A program made the position numbers and the translations under genes. Positions 27,010-34,919 of a DNA stretch of 64,000 nt are shown piece by piece (positions within the stretch are counted from its first letter, which is position 1; each line of letters starts with the position of its first letter). Origin of the DNA: Terriglobales bacterium. GTDB taxonomy: Bacteria > Acidobacteriota > Terriglobia > Terriglobales > SCQP01. Below the pieces are notes generated by a model, which saw only the letters and a list, made by a program, of their open reading frames with translations, ran no database searches and was not told where the DNA came from. The stretch is from positions 903-64,902 of the forward strand of contig DATKSZ010000149.1 in assembly GCA_035531375.1 (NCBI GenBank), read 5' to 3'.

Positions 27010-30000
27010 AGGCGCGGGTACTTGCTGGCCTCTTGCTTCTGGCACTCGCGGCGCTTCCGGCGGCGGCGCAGGTCAACACCTCGGGCTGGGGCAGCTTCCA
27101 GTCGCTGCCCGAGGGCCGCGTGGACCGCGGCGACCTCGACCTGCACCTCGAGTTCCCGATCTTCAATCGGGCCACCGTAGGGCGGGCGCAGGTGAAGGCG
27201 GTGCTGGTCTACGACAGCCAGTTTTGGCAGCCGGTGAACGGCGCCTGGGCGCCCGAGACGGGCGGAGGCTGGTGGCTGCGCACCGCCGCTGGGCATCTGA
27301 GCGAGACGACCACGGTGGACAGCGGTGCCTGCGGCTGGACCGACGGCAGCGGCACCGACGACGGCAGCGGCACCATCACCAACCACGCCTTTGCCTTCAC
27401 CGAGCCCGATGGCACGGTGGCGCCCGCGGGCAGCTACATCTCGGTCTATGCGCCCAACAGGATCCATCCCGAGGGCTACTACAACGACTGCCCGCCCTCG
27501 GACACACTGCCCATCACGACCTTCATCGGCGACGGCAAGGGCTACCGCGTGGTGATTGACAGCTCGGGCGCGGGAACGGCCTGGGACGGCGACGGCGACA
27601 ACCTGACCGACGGCCTCACCGATCCCAACGGCAACTCCGTCACCGTCTCCGCCGGGGCCCTGAACGACCCGCTGGGAACGGCGCTCACCGTCAGCGGCTC
27701 GGGAACCCCCAGCTCGCCCATCGTCTACACCTACACCGGCACGGGCGCCACCCCGGTGAGCGTCACCGAGAACTTCGAGTCGGTGTATGCCACCGGCAGC
27801 TTCGGCTGCTACCCCGGCTGGAGCGGGTACCTGAACCTGCCGGAATCCATCACCTATCCCGACAGCTCCGAGTACGTCTTCAGCTACGACTCGGCCGGCA
27901 GACTGGCCACGCTCACGCTCCCCACGGGCGGGGTGATCAGCTACAGCCAATCGCTTTCGAACAACTGCTCCTACACCACCAGCACCCTCACCCGCTCGGA
28001 GTCGCTGGATTCCGGCAAGGAATGGCTCTGGTGGAATTCCAGCGGCTCCTCCAGCGGGCAGACCACCCAGACCAGTCCGGACAACAACCTTTCCGTCTTT
28101 GACTTCGACGCCACCGGCGCGCTGACCGAGACCGACGCCTACAGCGGGCCGTCGACCGGGACCATAGAGAGCGAGACCACCATCGCCACCGGCTACAGCG
28201 GCGGCACCACCAAGACGGCGGTGACCGAGCTGTTCGGCCCAACTCCGCTCTACTCCCAGCACCAACAGACGTTCGACCCCTTCGACAACCTCACCGCCAG
28301 CAGCGACACCGACTGGGGCACAACCTCGCCTGGGGGCGCCATCCTGCGCCAGACGACGGCGGTCTACGGCACCAGCGGCGAGGCGGAGGTGCTCGCCAGC
28401 CGGACGGTGAGCGACGGCTCCGGCAACGAAGTGTCAAAGTCCACATTCTCCTACGACAGCCACGCCAATCTGCTGAGCGAGAGCGATTACGTCACCGGCA
28501 GCACATACCTCACCAAAAGCTACGCCTACAACAGCAACGGCACGGTGCACACCGCGACCGACGCCAACGGGGGGGTGACCACCTACAGCTACACCTGCGG
28601 CAGCGGGTTTTACCCCAGCAGCGTGCAGAGCGCCATCGCCCCGGTGGCCACCAGCGCCACTTGGGACTGCGCCGGCGGCGTGCAGCTAACCTCCACCGAC
28701 CCCAACGGCCAAACCACCACCACCGCCTACGACGATCCAACGCACATGTGGCGGCCGACCTCGATCACCGCGCCCGACGGCAGCCAGACCACGATCAGCT
28801 ACATCTCGCCCAACCAGGTGGAGCGGGCGCAAACCTACAATTCCGGCCACTCCACCGACGATGTGCTGACCACGCTCGACGCTCTGGGGCGTCCCGTCCT
28901 CAGCCAGCGCCGGCAATCGCCCGTCAGCGGGAGCTTTGATACGGTCGAGACTTGGTACGACGCCATGGACAGGCCGGTCCAGGCGAGCATGCCCTTCACC
29001 TCGACCGCCGGCGTCGGCGGTGGCGCCGCCTTCACCACCACCACCTACGACGAGTTCTCGCGTCCGCTGGTGGTGATCGACGGCGGCGGGGGAAAGGTGA
29101 GCTATGCCTACAGCCAGAACGACACCCTGATCACGGCCGGGCCGGCGCCGAGCGGGGAGAACACCAAGAGCAAGCAGGAGCAGTTCGACGGCTTGGGAAG
29201 GCTGCAGTCGGTGTGCGAGATCAACACGCTGGGGGGCGACGGGCCCTGCGGACAGACGGTGGCGCAGAGCGGGTATCTTACGGTCTATGCCCGCAACGCC
29301 CTGGGCCAAATCACCCAGGTCACCCAGAACGCGCAGACCACGCCCACCCAGACGCGGACTTTCAGCTTTGACCAGCTCGGCCGGCTGACGGCGGAGGCCA
29401 ACCCGGAGAGCGGGACCACCGCCTACACCTTCGACAGCGATGCGACCTGCGGGATCTCGGGAGGCGACTTGGTGAAGCGCGTGGACGCCAACGGCAACAC
29501 CACCTGCTACGCCTACGATTTGCTCCACCGGGTAACGCAGATCCGCTATCCGAGCGGCGATCCGAACCCCACGCCGGACAAGTATTTTGCCTACGACGGC
29601 GCCAGCCTGGACAACACCAGCATGGCCAACGTGGCGGGCAGGCTGGCCGAGGCCTACACCGGCACGCCGACGGCCAAGATCACCGACCTGGGCTTCAGCT
29701 ACCCCAATCCGGGCGCGGACGAAGAGGACGTCTACCAGTCCTCGCCCAACTCCGGCGGCTGGACCATCGCCATCGCCCAGCATTACGCCAACGGCGCGGT
29801 TTCGACGCTGACCTTGCCCACGGGCGTGCCGGCCATCACCTACAGCCTGGACGGCGAGGGCCGCCCGGTCGGCGCCATGGCGGGCACCGCGACGCTGGCG
29901 AAGAACGGCGTCTACTCGCCCGAGGGGCTGACCAGCCTGACCCTGGGCTCCAACGACAGCGACGGCTACCAGTACGACGCCAGTACCGGCCGCATGGAGC

Positions 30001-31631
30001 AGTACCAGTTCACGGTGGGCGGCGCGACCGACACCGGGACGCTCACTTGGAACGCCAACGGCTCGCTGGGGACGCTGGGGATCACCGACAACATCCCGGG
30101 CGCCGACGACACCCAGTCCTGCACCTACACCCACGACGACCTGGGCCGCATTGCCTCGGCGGCATGCACCGGCGGGGACAACTGGAGCCAGACCTTTTCC
30201 TACGATTCGCTGGGCAATGTACTGAAGAGCGGGACGCAATCGTTCCAGCCCAACTATGGGATCAACAACCGCATCTCGACCAACATCAACTTCACGGCCC
30301 ACTACGACAACGACGGCAATTTGCTCGACGACCCGGTGACGCCGGCCACCGGAGTCAACGCCTTCGACGCCGAGGGGCACGCGGTGACACTGGAGGGGAT
30401 CGGGGTGACGTATGACGCGCTGGGAAGGGCGGTGGAGGCGGCGGAGCCGGGCGGGACGATCGAGTTCCTGTATGGCCCGGGCGGGGGTAAACTGGCGGTG
30501 ATGAACGGGCAGACCCTGGCGGCCGCCTACATTCCGCTGCCGGGCGGGGGGACGGCGGTCTATCATGGTGCGACGCTGGCCTACTACCGGCATGCCGATT
30601 GGCTGGGCAGCTCGCGGCTGGCCTCGACCCCCGGCCGGACGCTCTATTCGGCCACCGCCTACGCGCCGTATGGGGAGCCGTACGAGGAGAGCGGGACGAT
30701 CGACCGCAATTTCACCGGCCAGAACCAGGACATCGTCGGCGGCCAGTACGACTTCCTCATGCGGGTGTACAACCCCATCCAAGGCCGTTGGTGGACGCCC
30801 GACCCCGCCGGCCTGGCGGCGGTGGACCCCAATGACCCGCAGAGCTGGAATCGCTACGCCTATGTCGGCGGCACCCCCCTGGAGGCCACCGATCCGCTCG
30901 GGCTGGACCCGTGCCCGCCGGGGAGCAGCGTGCAGTGGTGCTTTAGCGGGAGCTCGGTGCCTGGGCTGGGGCAGCAGAATACGCCGCCGGGCATGGGCAG
31001 CGGCGGCCTCGACCTGCTCATCGCTGCGCTGCAGCAGGAGCTCAGTCTCTTTTGGCCCGGCAGCGCCCAGCCTGCCATTGTCGTGCCCGGCAGCGGGAGT
31101 GGCGAGCCAACTAGCCCTGCGACGACGACTTCAGGAAAGCAAAGCAACACGCCGTGCAGCCACGGGATTGGCGTAGGCGCAATGAGTGGGGGCGCTGCCG
31201 AGGCGGGCGCTGGGGCCGCCGGCGCTGGAGTACAGGGCTCTGTCGGCGGCGGCCTGTTTTTCAACCCGCAAAATGACCTTAGCATTGGCGCGCTGGCCGC
31301 CGGCGGTGCCGTGGCCTATGCCGGGGGCGCTGTCTCCGGGGTGCCGCAGCAATACCCCAAGACTGCTCTTATCCTTGGGGCGTTCGCCGGCGCTGGCGGT
31401 GGCGTCTTCCTCACGAATGCGGGGTCAGTGTCCGAACTCGCGGGTCCATTTCTGACCCTCAGCGCGAATCTTGCGGTTTTTGGAATCAAGGGCAGCCTCC
31501 AGCTTGCCGTTGATCGCCACTGGACGGCCATGGCAACGTTTAGTCTCGGCGCCGGCCCGCCAGGGGCCGATTTTTCCGCATACACGACCGACACCGTGAC
31601 CACGGAGCCAGGGTGCTCCTGGGTGCCGTGA
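27006..31631 (+). CDS. RHS/YD-repeat polymorphic toxin with Sec leader and glycine-rich C-terminal domain
   Basis: GGGAGG Shine-Dalgarno sequence. Leader MKARVLAGLLLLALAALPAAAQ. Numerous YD repeats. RHS core end YNPIQGRWWTPDP..NRYAYVGGTPLEATDPLGL, followed by a 241-aa tail. Confidence 0.9.
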   Translation: MKARVLAGLLLLALAALPAAAQVNTSGWGSFQSLPEGRVDRGDLDLHLEFPIFNRATVGRAQVKAVLVYDSQFWQPVNGAWAPETGGGWWLRTAAGHLSETTTVDSGACGWTDGSGTDDGSGTITNHAFAFTEPDGTVAPAGSYISVYAPNRIHPEGYYNDCPPSDTLPITTFIGDGKGYRVVIDSSGAGTAWDGDGDNLTDGLTDPNGNSVTVSAGALNDPLGTALTVSGSGTPSSPIVYTYTGTGATPVSVTENFESVYATGSFGCYPGWSGYLNLPESITYPDSSEYVFSYDSAGRLATLTLPTGGVISYSQSLSNNCSYTTSTLTRSESLDSGKEWLWWNSSGSSSGQTTQTSPDNNLSVFDFDATGALTETDAYSGPSTGTIESETTIATGYSGGTTKTAVTELFGPTPLYSQHQQTFDPFDNLTASSDTDWGTTSPGGAILRQTTAVYGTSGEAEVLASRTVSDGSGNEVSKSTFSYDSHANLLSESDYVTGSTYLTKSYAYNSNGTVHTATDANGGVTTYSYTCGSGFYPSSVQSAIAPVATSATWDCAGGVQLTSTDPNGQTTTTAYDDPTHMWRPTSITAPDGSQTTISYISPNQVERAQTYNSGHSTDDVLTTLDALGRPVLSQRRQSPVSGSFDTVETWYDAMDRPVQASMPFTSTAGVGGGAAFTTTTYDEFSRPLVVIDGGGGKVSYAYSQNDTLITAGPAPSGENTKSKQEQFDGLGRLQSVCEINTLGGDGPCGQTVAQSGYLTVYARNALGQITQVTQNAQTTPTQTRTFSFDQLGRLTAEANPESGTTAYTFDSDATCGISGGDLVKRVDANGNTTCYAYDLLHRVTQIRYPSGDPNPTPDKYFAYDGASLDNTSMANVAGRLAEAYTGTPTAKITDLGFSYPNPGADEEDVYQSSPNSGGWTIAIAQHYANGAVSTLTLPTGVPAITYSLDGEGRPVGAMAGTATLAKNGVYSPEGLTSLTLGSNDSDGYQYDASTGRMEQYQFTVGGATDTGTLTWNANGSLGTLGITDNIPGADDTQSCTYTHDDLGRIASAACTGGDNWSQTFSYDSLGNVLKSGTQSFQPNYGINNRISTNINFTAHYDNDGNLLDDPVTPATGVNAFDAEGHAVTLEGIGVTYDALGRAVEAAEPGGTIEFLYGPGGGKLAVMNGQTLAAAYIPLPGGGTAVYHGATLAYYRHADWLGSSRLASTPGRTLYSATAYAPYGEPYEESGTIDRNFTGQNQDIVGGQYDFLMRVYNPIQGRWWTPDPAGLAAVDPNDPQSWNRYAYVGGTPLEATDPLGLDPCPPGSSVQWCFSGSSVPGLGQQNTPPGMGSGGLDLLIAALQQELSLFWPGSAQPAIVVPGSGSGEPTSPATTTSGKQSNTPCSHGIGVGAMSGGAAEAGAGAAGAGVQGSVGGGLFFNPQNDLSIGALAAGGAVAYAGGAVSGVPQQYPKTALILGAFAGAGGGVFLTNAGSVSELAGPFLTLSANLAVFGIKGSLQLAVDRHWTAMATFSLGAGPPGADFSAYTTDTVTTEPGCSWVP

Positions 31632-31894
31632 TGACAGGGCTCCCGCAGCAAATGTTTGAGGTTTTCCGGCCGATCGGCGTCCTGTTGGCGTACTCTTTCT
31701 GGCTGCTCGTACTGGCGAGGGCGCCTATTGTCGAGAAGGCGGAGAGATGGATTGAGCGGTCGGGCTTGGGCAGGTGTTCGAACTGGCTGCCGCAGGATTT
31801 CCGGACCGCAACTAGCCGCGGCTGGCGGTGGGTTGCTCTGGTTATCACGATTGGAATTTATGTGTCGCTGGTTTTGGCGCCCTGGGGCCTGTAG
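31631..31894 (+). CDS. small 2-TM membrane protein, candidate cognate immunity
   Basis: ATG shares one nucleotide with the RHS stop (TGATG). Predicted helices IGVLLAYSFWLLVLA and WVALVITIGIYVSLVLAPW. AT-richer sequence. An alternative GTG start lies at 31613. Confidence 0.55.
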   Translation: MTGLPQQMFEVFRPIGVLLAYSFWLLVLARAPIVEKAERWIERSGLGRCSNWLPQDFRTATSRGWRWVALVITIGIYVSLVLAPWGL

Positions 31895-31927
31895 CGGCGG
31901 GCACATGCCAGCATTGGACCGACGCAC

Positions 31928-32233
31928 ATGACGCGAGTTGACTTGCTTGTAGATGCCGCAATCCCCTTTCTGATCCCGCTGGGGCCGATTTGGATCTGTT
32001 ACGTAATCTTCCGGCTGGTGAATGGAGGGGCGCCCATGGGGCACCGTCAGAGATTCGTTACGGCGGCTTGGGCGTTCTTTTTCTTCGAATTCGGCATATT
32101 GGGCGCGCTTGGCTCCCTTTGGAATATCCAATTTCGAATTTCTATTTCGCTCGTGCTCTGCACCTTGCTGGCCTTGGTGGTCGGGCGCTGGTGGGCGGGG
32201 CGCGGGCAAGCGCGGAATGATTTGGGCGGCTGA
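31928..32233 (+). CDS. small 3-TM membrane protein (second immunity-like ORF)
   Basis: ATG start. Three hydrophobic segments. Same AT-richer patch. Confidence 0.5.
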   Translation: MTRVDLLVDAAIPFLIPLGPIWICYVIFRLVNGGAPMGHRQRFVTAAWAFFFFEFGILGALGSLWNIQFRISISLVLCTLLALVVGRWWAGRGQARNDLGG

Positions 32234-32384
32234 GCGCCAACGAAAAGTGGGCTCTGAACGAAAATCTGACAAGGTGCTCATTTCAAGCGGATTTCCGCAG
32301 GACAGGCCTGACCCGCAGACGGCTGGGCGTGGCAGCTGGGAAGGATGGAGCGTTCCTAAGGGGCACAGCGGTTGACCGTCCCCT

Positions 32385-32585
32385 TCGCGGGGGTCGCGCC
32401 GCTTTGCCTGTCGGCAAAATCGGCGCGAAAGGCCGCGAAATTCCGCAGGGCGGCCCGCCCCCGGGAAGCGACTTCGGCGCGGCCCCTGCGAGGCGCAGCG
32501 CCGGCTTGGGGCTCCGGGGCCCCCAAGCCGGCGTGAGCACAAGCGGGACGCGCGGCGCAGCCGCGCAGGGGCCCGCGCCCACCTT
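32385..32585 (+). repeat. mosaic hairpin repeat, copy C
   Basis: Head module (H1) plus H5 hairpin plus short tail. Confidence 0.9.
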
Positions 32586-32604
32586 CGCTGCCGCGTCCAT
32601 CGCC

Positions 32605-33648
32605 TCATGAAAGGTTCCGCTTGAGCCCCAGGAGGGGCCGCTCGAAGCCGAACCACAGCGCCGTGGCCACCGCGATGGCGGCCGTCCAGCGCGCCGCCAC
32701 GATGGCCAGGTCGCCGGCAGCCCCGGCGTGAATGGCGTCCATGCGCGCGTCCAGCCCGCCCAGCAGCATGAACACCGGCATGTGGACCATATAGAGGCCG
32801 TAGCTGATCCTGCCCAGGCCGCGCAGCGGGCGCAGCCGCAGCCCGCGGGCGACGGCGCTGCCGGTTTCCTCGCCCCCCACCGCCAGCAGCAGCAGGCCGC
32901 CAAAGCCCAGCGCCACCGCCGAGCTGATCCCGGGCCCCCACCAGCGCGCCGCGGCCACCGCGCCCGCCAGCCCGGCTCCGGCGCCGCCCCAGGCCAGCCG
33001 CATCCAGGTGCGGCGCGGCCAGCGCGTGGCGCGCAGCCCCAGCGCGAGCAGCGAGCCGATCGCCAGCCCGTCCAAGTGGTAGAGCGTGTGCACCGGGACA
33101 AACCAGCGCGGATGCGCCCGCACCCAGGGCTCGGCCGCCACCACCAGCCCCAGCACCCCGGCCAGGGCCGCCGCCGGCAGCCGCCGCGCCAGCGGCGCCC
33201 ACACCAGGTAATACTGCTCCTCGATGGCCAGGCTCCAGGCTGGATACAACGCCCCGTTCAGCCCCGGAACCAGGTTCTGCAGGAAGAGCGCGAACATCAG
33301 CCAATACGGCTGCCGCCCGGTCCATACCGCCCCCGCCCCGAAGAGCAGCACGCAGGCGGCGACCACCAGCGCCAGCACCGGCAGGATGCGCAGCCCGCGG
33401 CGGGCGTAGAAGCGGGCGAAAAACCGCTGCCGCCGCCGCCCGTCGAGCACGATGCCGGTGATCAAAAAGCCGGAAAGGACAAAAAACAGATCCACCCCGA
33501 TCCAGCCCCACTCCGCCGCCCCGCCCAGCCCCAGCGGCGCCAGCCGCGGCGCGCAGTGCTGCACCAGCACCAGCGCGATGGCCGCCCCCCGCAGCCCGTC
33601 CAGCGCGGGCATGGCGTCGGGCACCCAGTCGGGCTTGGTCTGGATCAC
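32605..33648 (-). CDS. acyltransferase family 3 membrane protein (OafA/YrhL-like)
   Basis: GTG start. LDGLRGAAIALVLVQH N-terminal motif. About 10 TM segments. Confidence 0.85.
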   Translation of the reverse strand: MIQTKPDWVPDAMPALDGLRGAAIALVLVQHCAPRLAPLGLGGAAEWGWIGVDLFFVLSGFLITGIVLDGRRRQRFFARFYARRGLRILPVLALVVAACVLLFGAGAVWTGRQPYWLMFALFLQNLVPGLNGALYPAWSLAIEEQYYLVWAPLARRLPAAALAGVLGLVVAAEPWVRAHPRWFVPVHTLYHLDGLAIGSLLALGLRATRWPRRTWMRLAWGGAGAGLAGAVAAARWWGPGISSAVALGFGGLLLLAVGGEETGSAVARGLRLRPLRGLGRISYGLYMVHMPVFMLLGGLDARMDAIHAGAAGDLAIVAARWTAAIAVATALWFGFERPLLGLKRNLS

Positions 33649-33731
33649 CTGTTCACTCTAGCCTGCCGGACGCCCATGCGCGGCTTGACATGCGGGAAAT
33701 TTGGACCACACTGGAGGCAACGGAGATTCCC

Positions 33732-34592
33732 ATGCCCGGCAGATGGAAGGTGGCCACGTTCCTGCTCGCGGCTGTCTTGGCGGCAGGGGTGCTGGCCTTG
33801 GCCGATTCCTACGTGCGCATCGTGCGCGTCAGCTTTCTGGCCCACCAGGTTGAGGTCAGCCGGCCGGCGGCCGCCGCCGCGGGCGCGACCCGCCCCCGGC
33901 GCTGGTCCACCGCCCTGCTCAACGCCCCCGTGGTGCAGTCCGAGCGGCTGCGCACCCGCGCCGCCGGCGAGGCCGAGGTGCAGTTGGAGTGCGGCTCGGC
34001 GCTGCGCCTGGCGCCGGACTCCGAACTCGTCTTCTCCAAGCTGTCGCTGCTCGACAGCGGCGTCCGCGCCACCACGGTGACGCTCCGCCGCGGCACCGCC
34101 TACTTCACCCTGCAGCGCGCCGACAGCCCCGATTTCCACGTGCTGCTGCCGGGGGGCGAGATCTCCACCCCCAACGGCGGAGCCAGCCTGCGCGTGGCCG
34201 CCCCCGACGACGCCCCCGCCACGGTCGAGCTGCTTGCCGGCCACGCCGTGGTCACCGCCGAGCAGCAAAAATTCGTGCTCAAGAAGTCGCGCACGCTGGC
34301 GCTGCTGCCCGACGGCGGCGTGGCCTGGCGGCCCGCGGCGCCGCCCGACCTCTGGCAGCGCTGGAGCCGCAGCCGCGACCAGGCCTTCCAGCGCGCCGTC
34401 AACGCCAGCGTGCCCAAGCTCGATATGGATGCCCACCCGCTGGCGCCGCCCCCGCCCCAGCCCAACATCGCCGGCACCCCCGACCTCTACGACCCCCTCC
34501 CCGCCGACGCCACCAGGATGTTCAACGACAGCGACCCCTTCGTCGCCACCGCCCGCGCCATCGCCAAAGTCCCCTATTGCGCCAACAACTGA
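33732..34592 (+). CDS. FecR-domain-like membrane-anchored protein
   Basis: GGAG Shine-Dalgarno sequence before the ATG at 33732 (alternative ATG at 33690). TM helix VATFLLAAVLAAGVLAL. Beta-rich region GEAEVQLECGSALRLAPDSELVF..LRRGTAYF. Confidence 0.65.
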   Translation: MPGRWKVATFLLAAVLAAGVLALADSYVRIVRVSFLAHQVEVSRPAAAAAGATRPRRWSTALLNAPVVQSERLRTRAAGEAEVQLECGSALRLAPDSELVFSKLSLLDSGVRATTVTLRRGTAYFTLQRADSPDFHVLLPGGEISTPNGGASLRVAAPDDAPATVELLAGHAVVTAEQQKFVLKKSRTLALLPDGGVAWRPAAPPDLWQRWSRSRDQAFQRAVNASVPKLDMDAHPLAPPPPQPNIAGTPDLYDPLPADATRMFNDSDPFVATARAIAKVPYCANN

Positions 34593-34632
34593 CCGCGCGG
34601 CAGGGCCCGCGCCGCCGCCCGCCGCCCGCCGC

Positions 34633-34919
34633 TCGCGGCGGTCGCCCCGCTTTGCCTGCTGGCAAAATCGGCGCGAAAGCCCGAAATTCCGCAGGGGCAG
34701 ACGCGCCCGTGGCGCGTCTGCGCCCCCGGGAAACGGCGGCCCCAGCAGCCCAGCAGCGAAGCCGCGCAGCGCCGGCTTGGGGCCATGGGGCCCCCGAGTC
34801 GGCGCGAGCATGCCGCCCCGCGCCGTTGCAGCGGGGCGGCACACAAGCGGGACGCGCGGCGCACCGGCCCGGCGCTGCTCCAGCCGGGCCGGGCAGGCGC
34901 GCTGGGGCCCGCGCCCACC
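34633..34919 (+). repeat. mosaic hairpin repeat, copy D (long form)
   Basis: Its last base abuts the TAA stop of the FG-GAP gene. Confidence 0.9.

Noticed and set aside
28686-30782. 698-aa minus-strand ORF inside the RHS gene.
   Set aside because: It is antisense to clear YD repeats and has an R/G/V-rich composition.
27006-31631. Assigning the RHS protein to a type VI secretion system.
   Set aside because: No PAAR, VgrG, Hcp or Tss genes are in the window, and the protein has a Sec-type leader. The association cannot be supported from this sequence.
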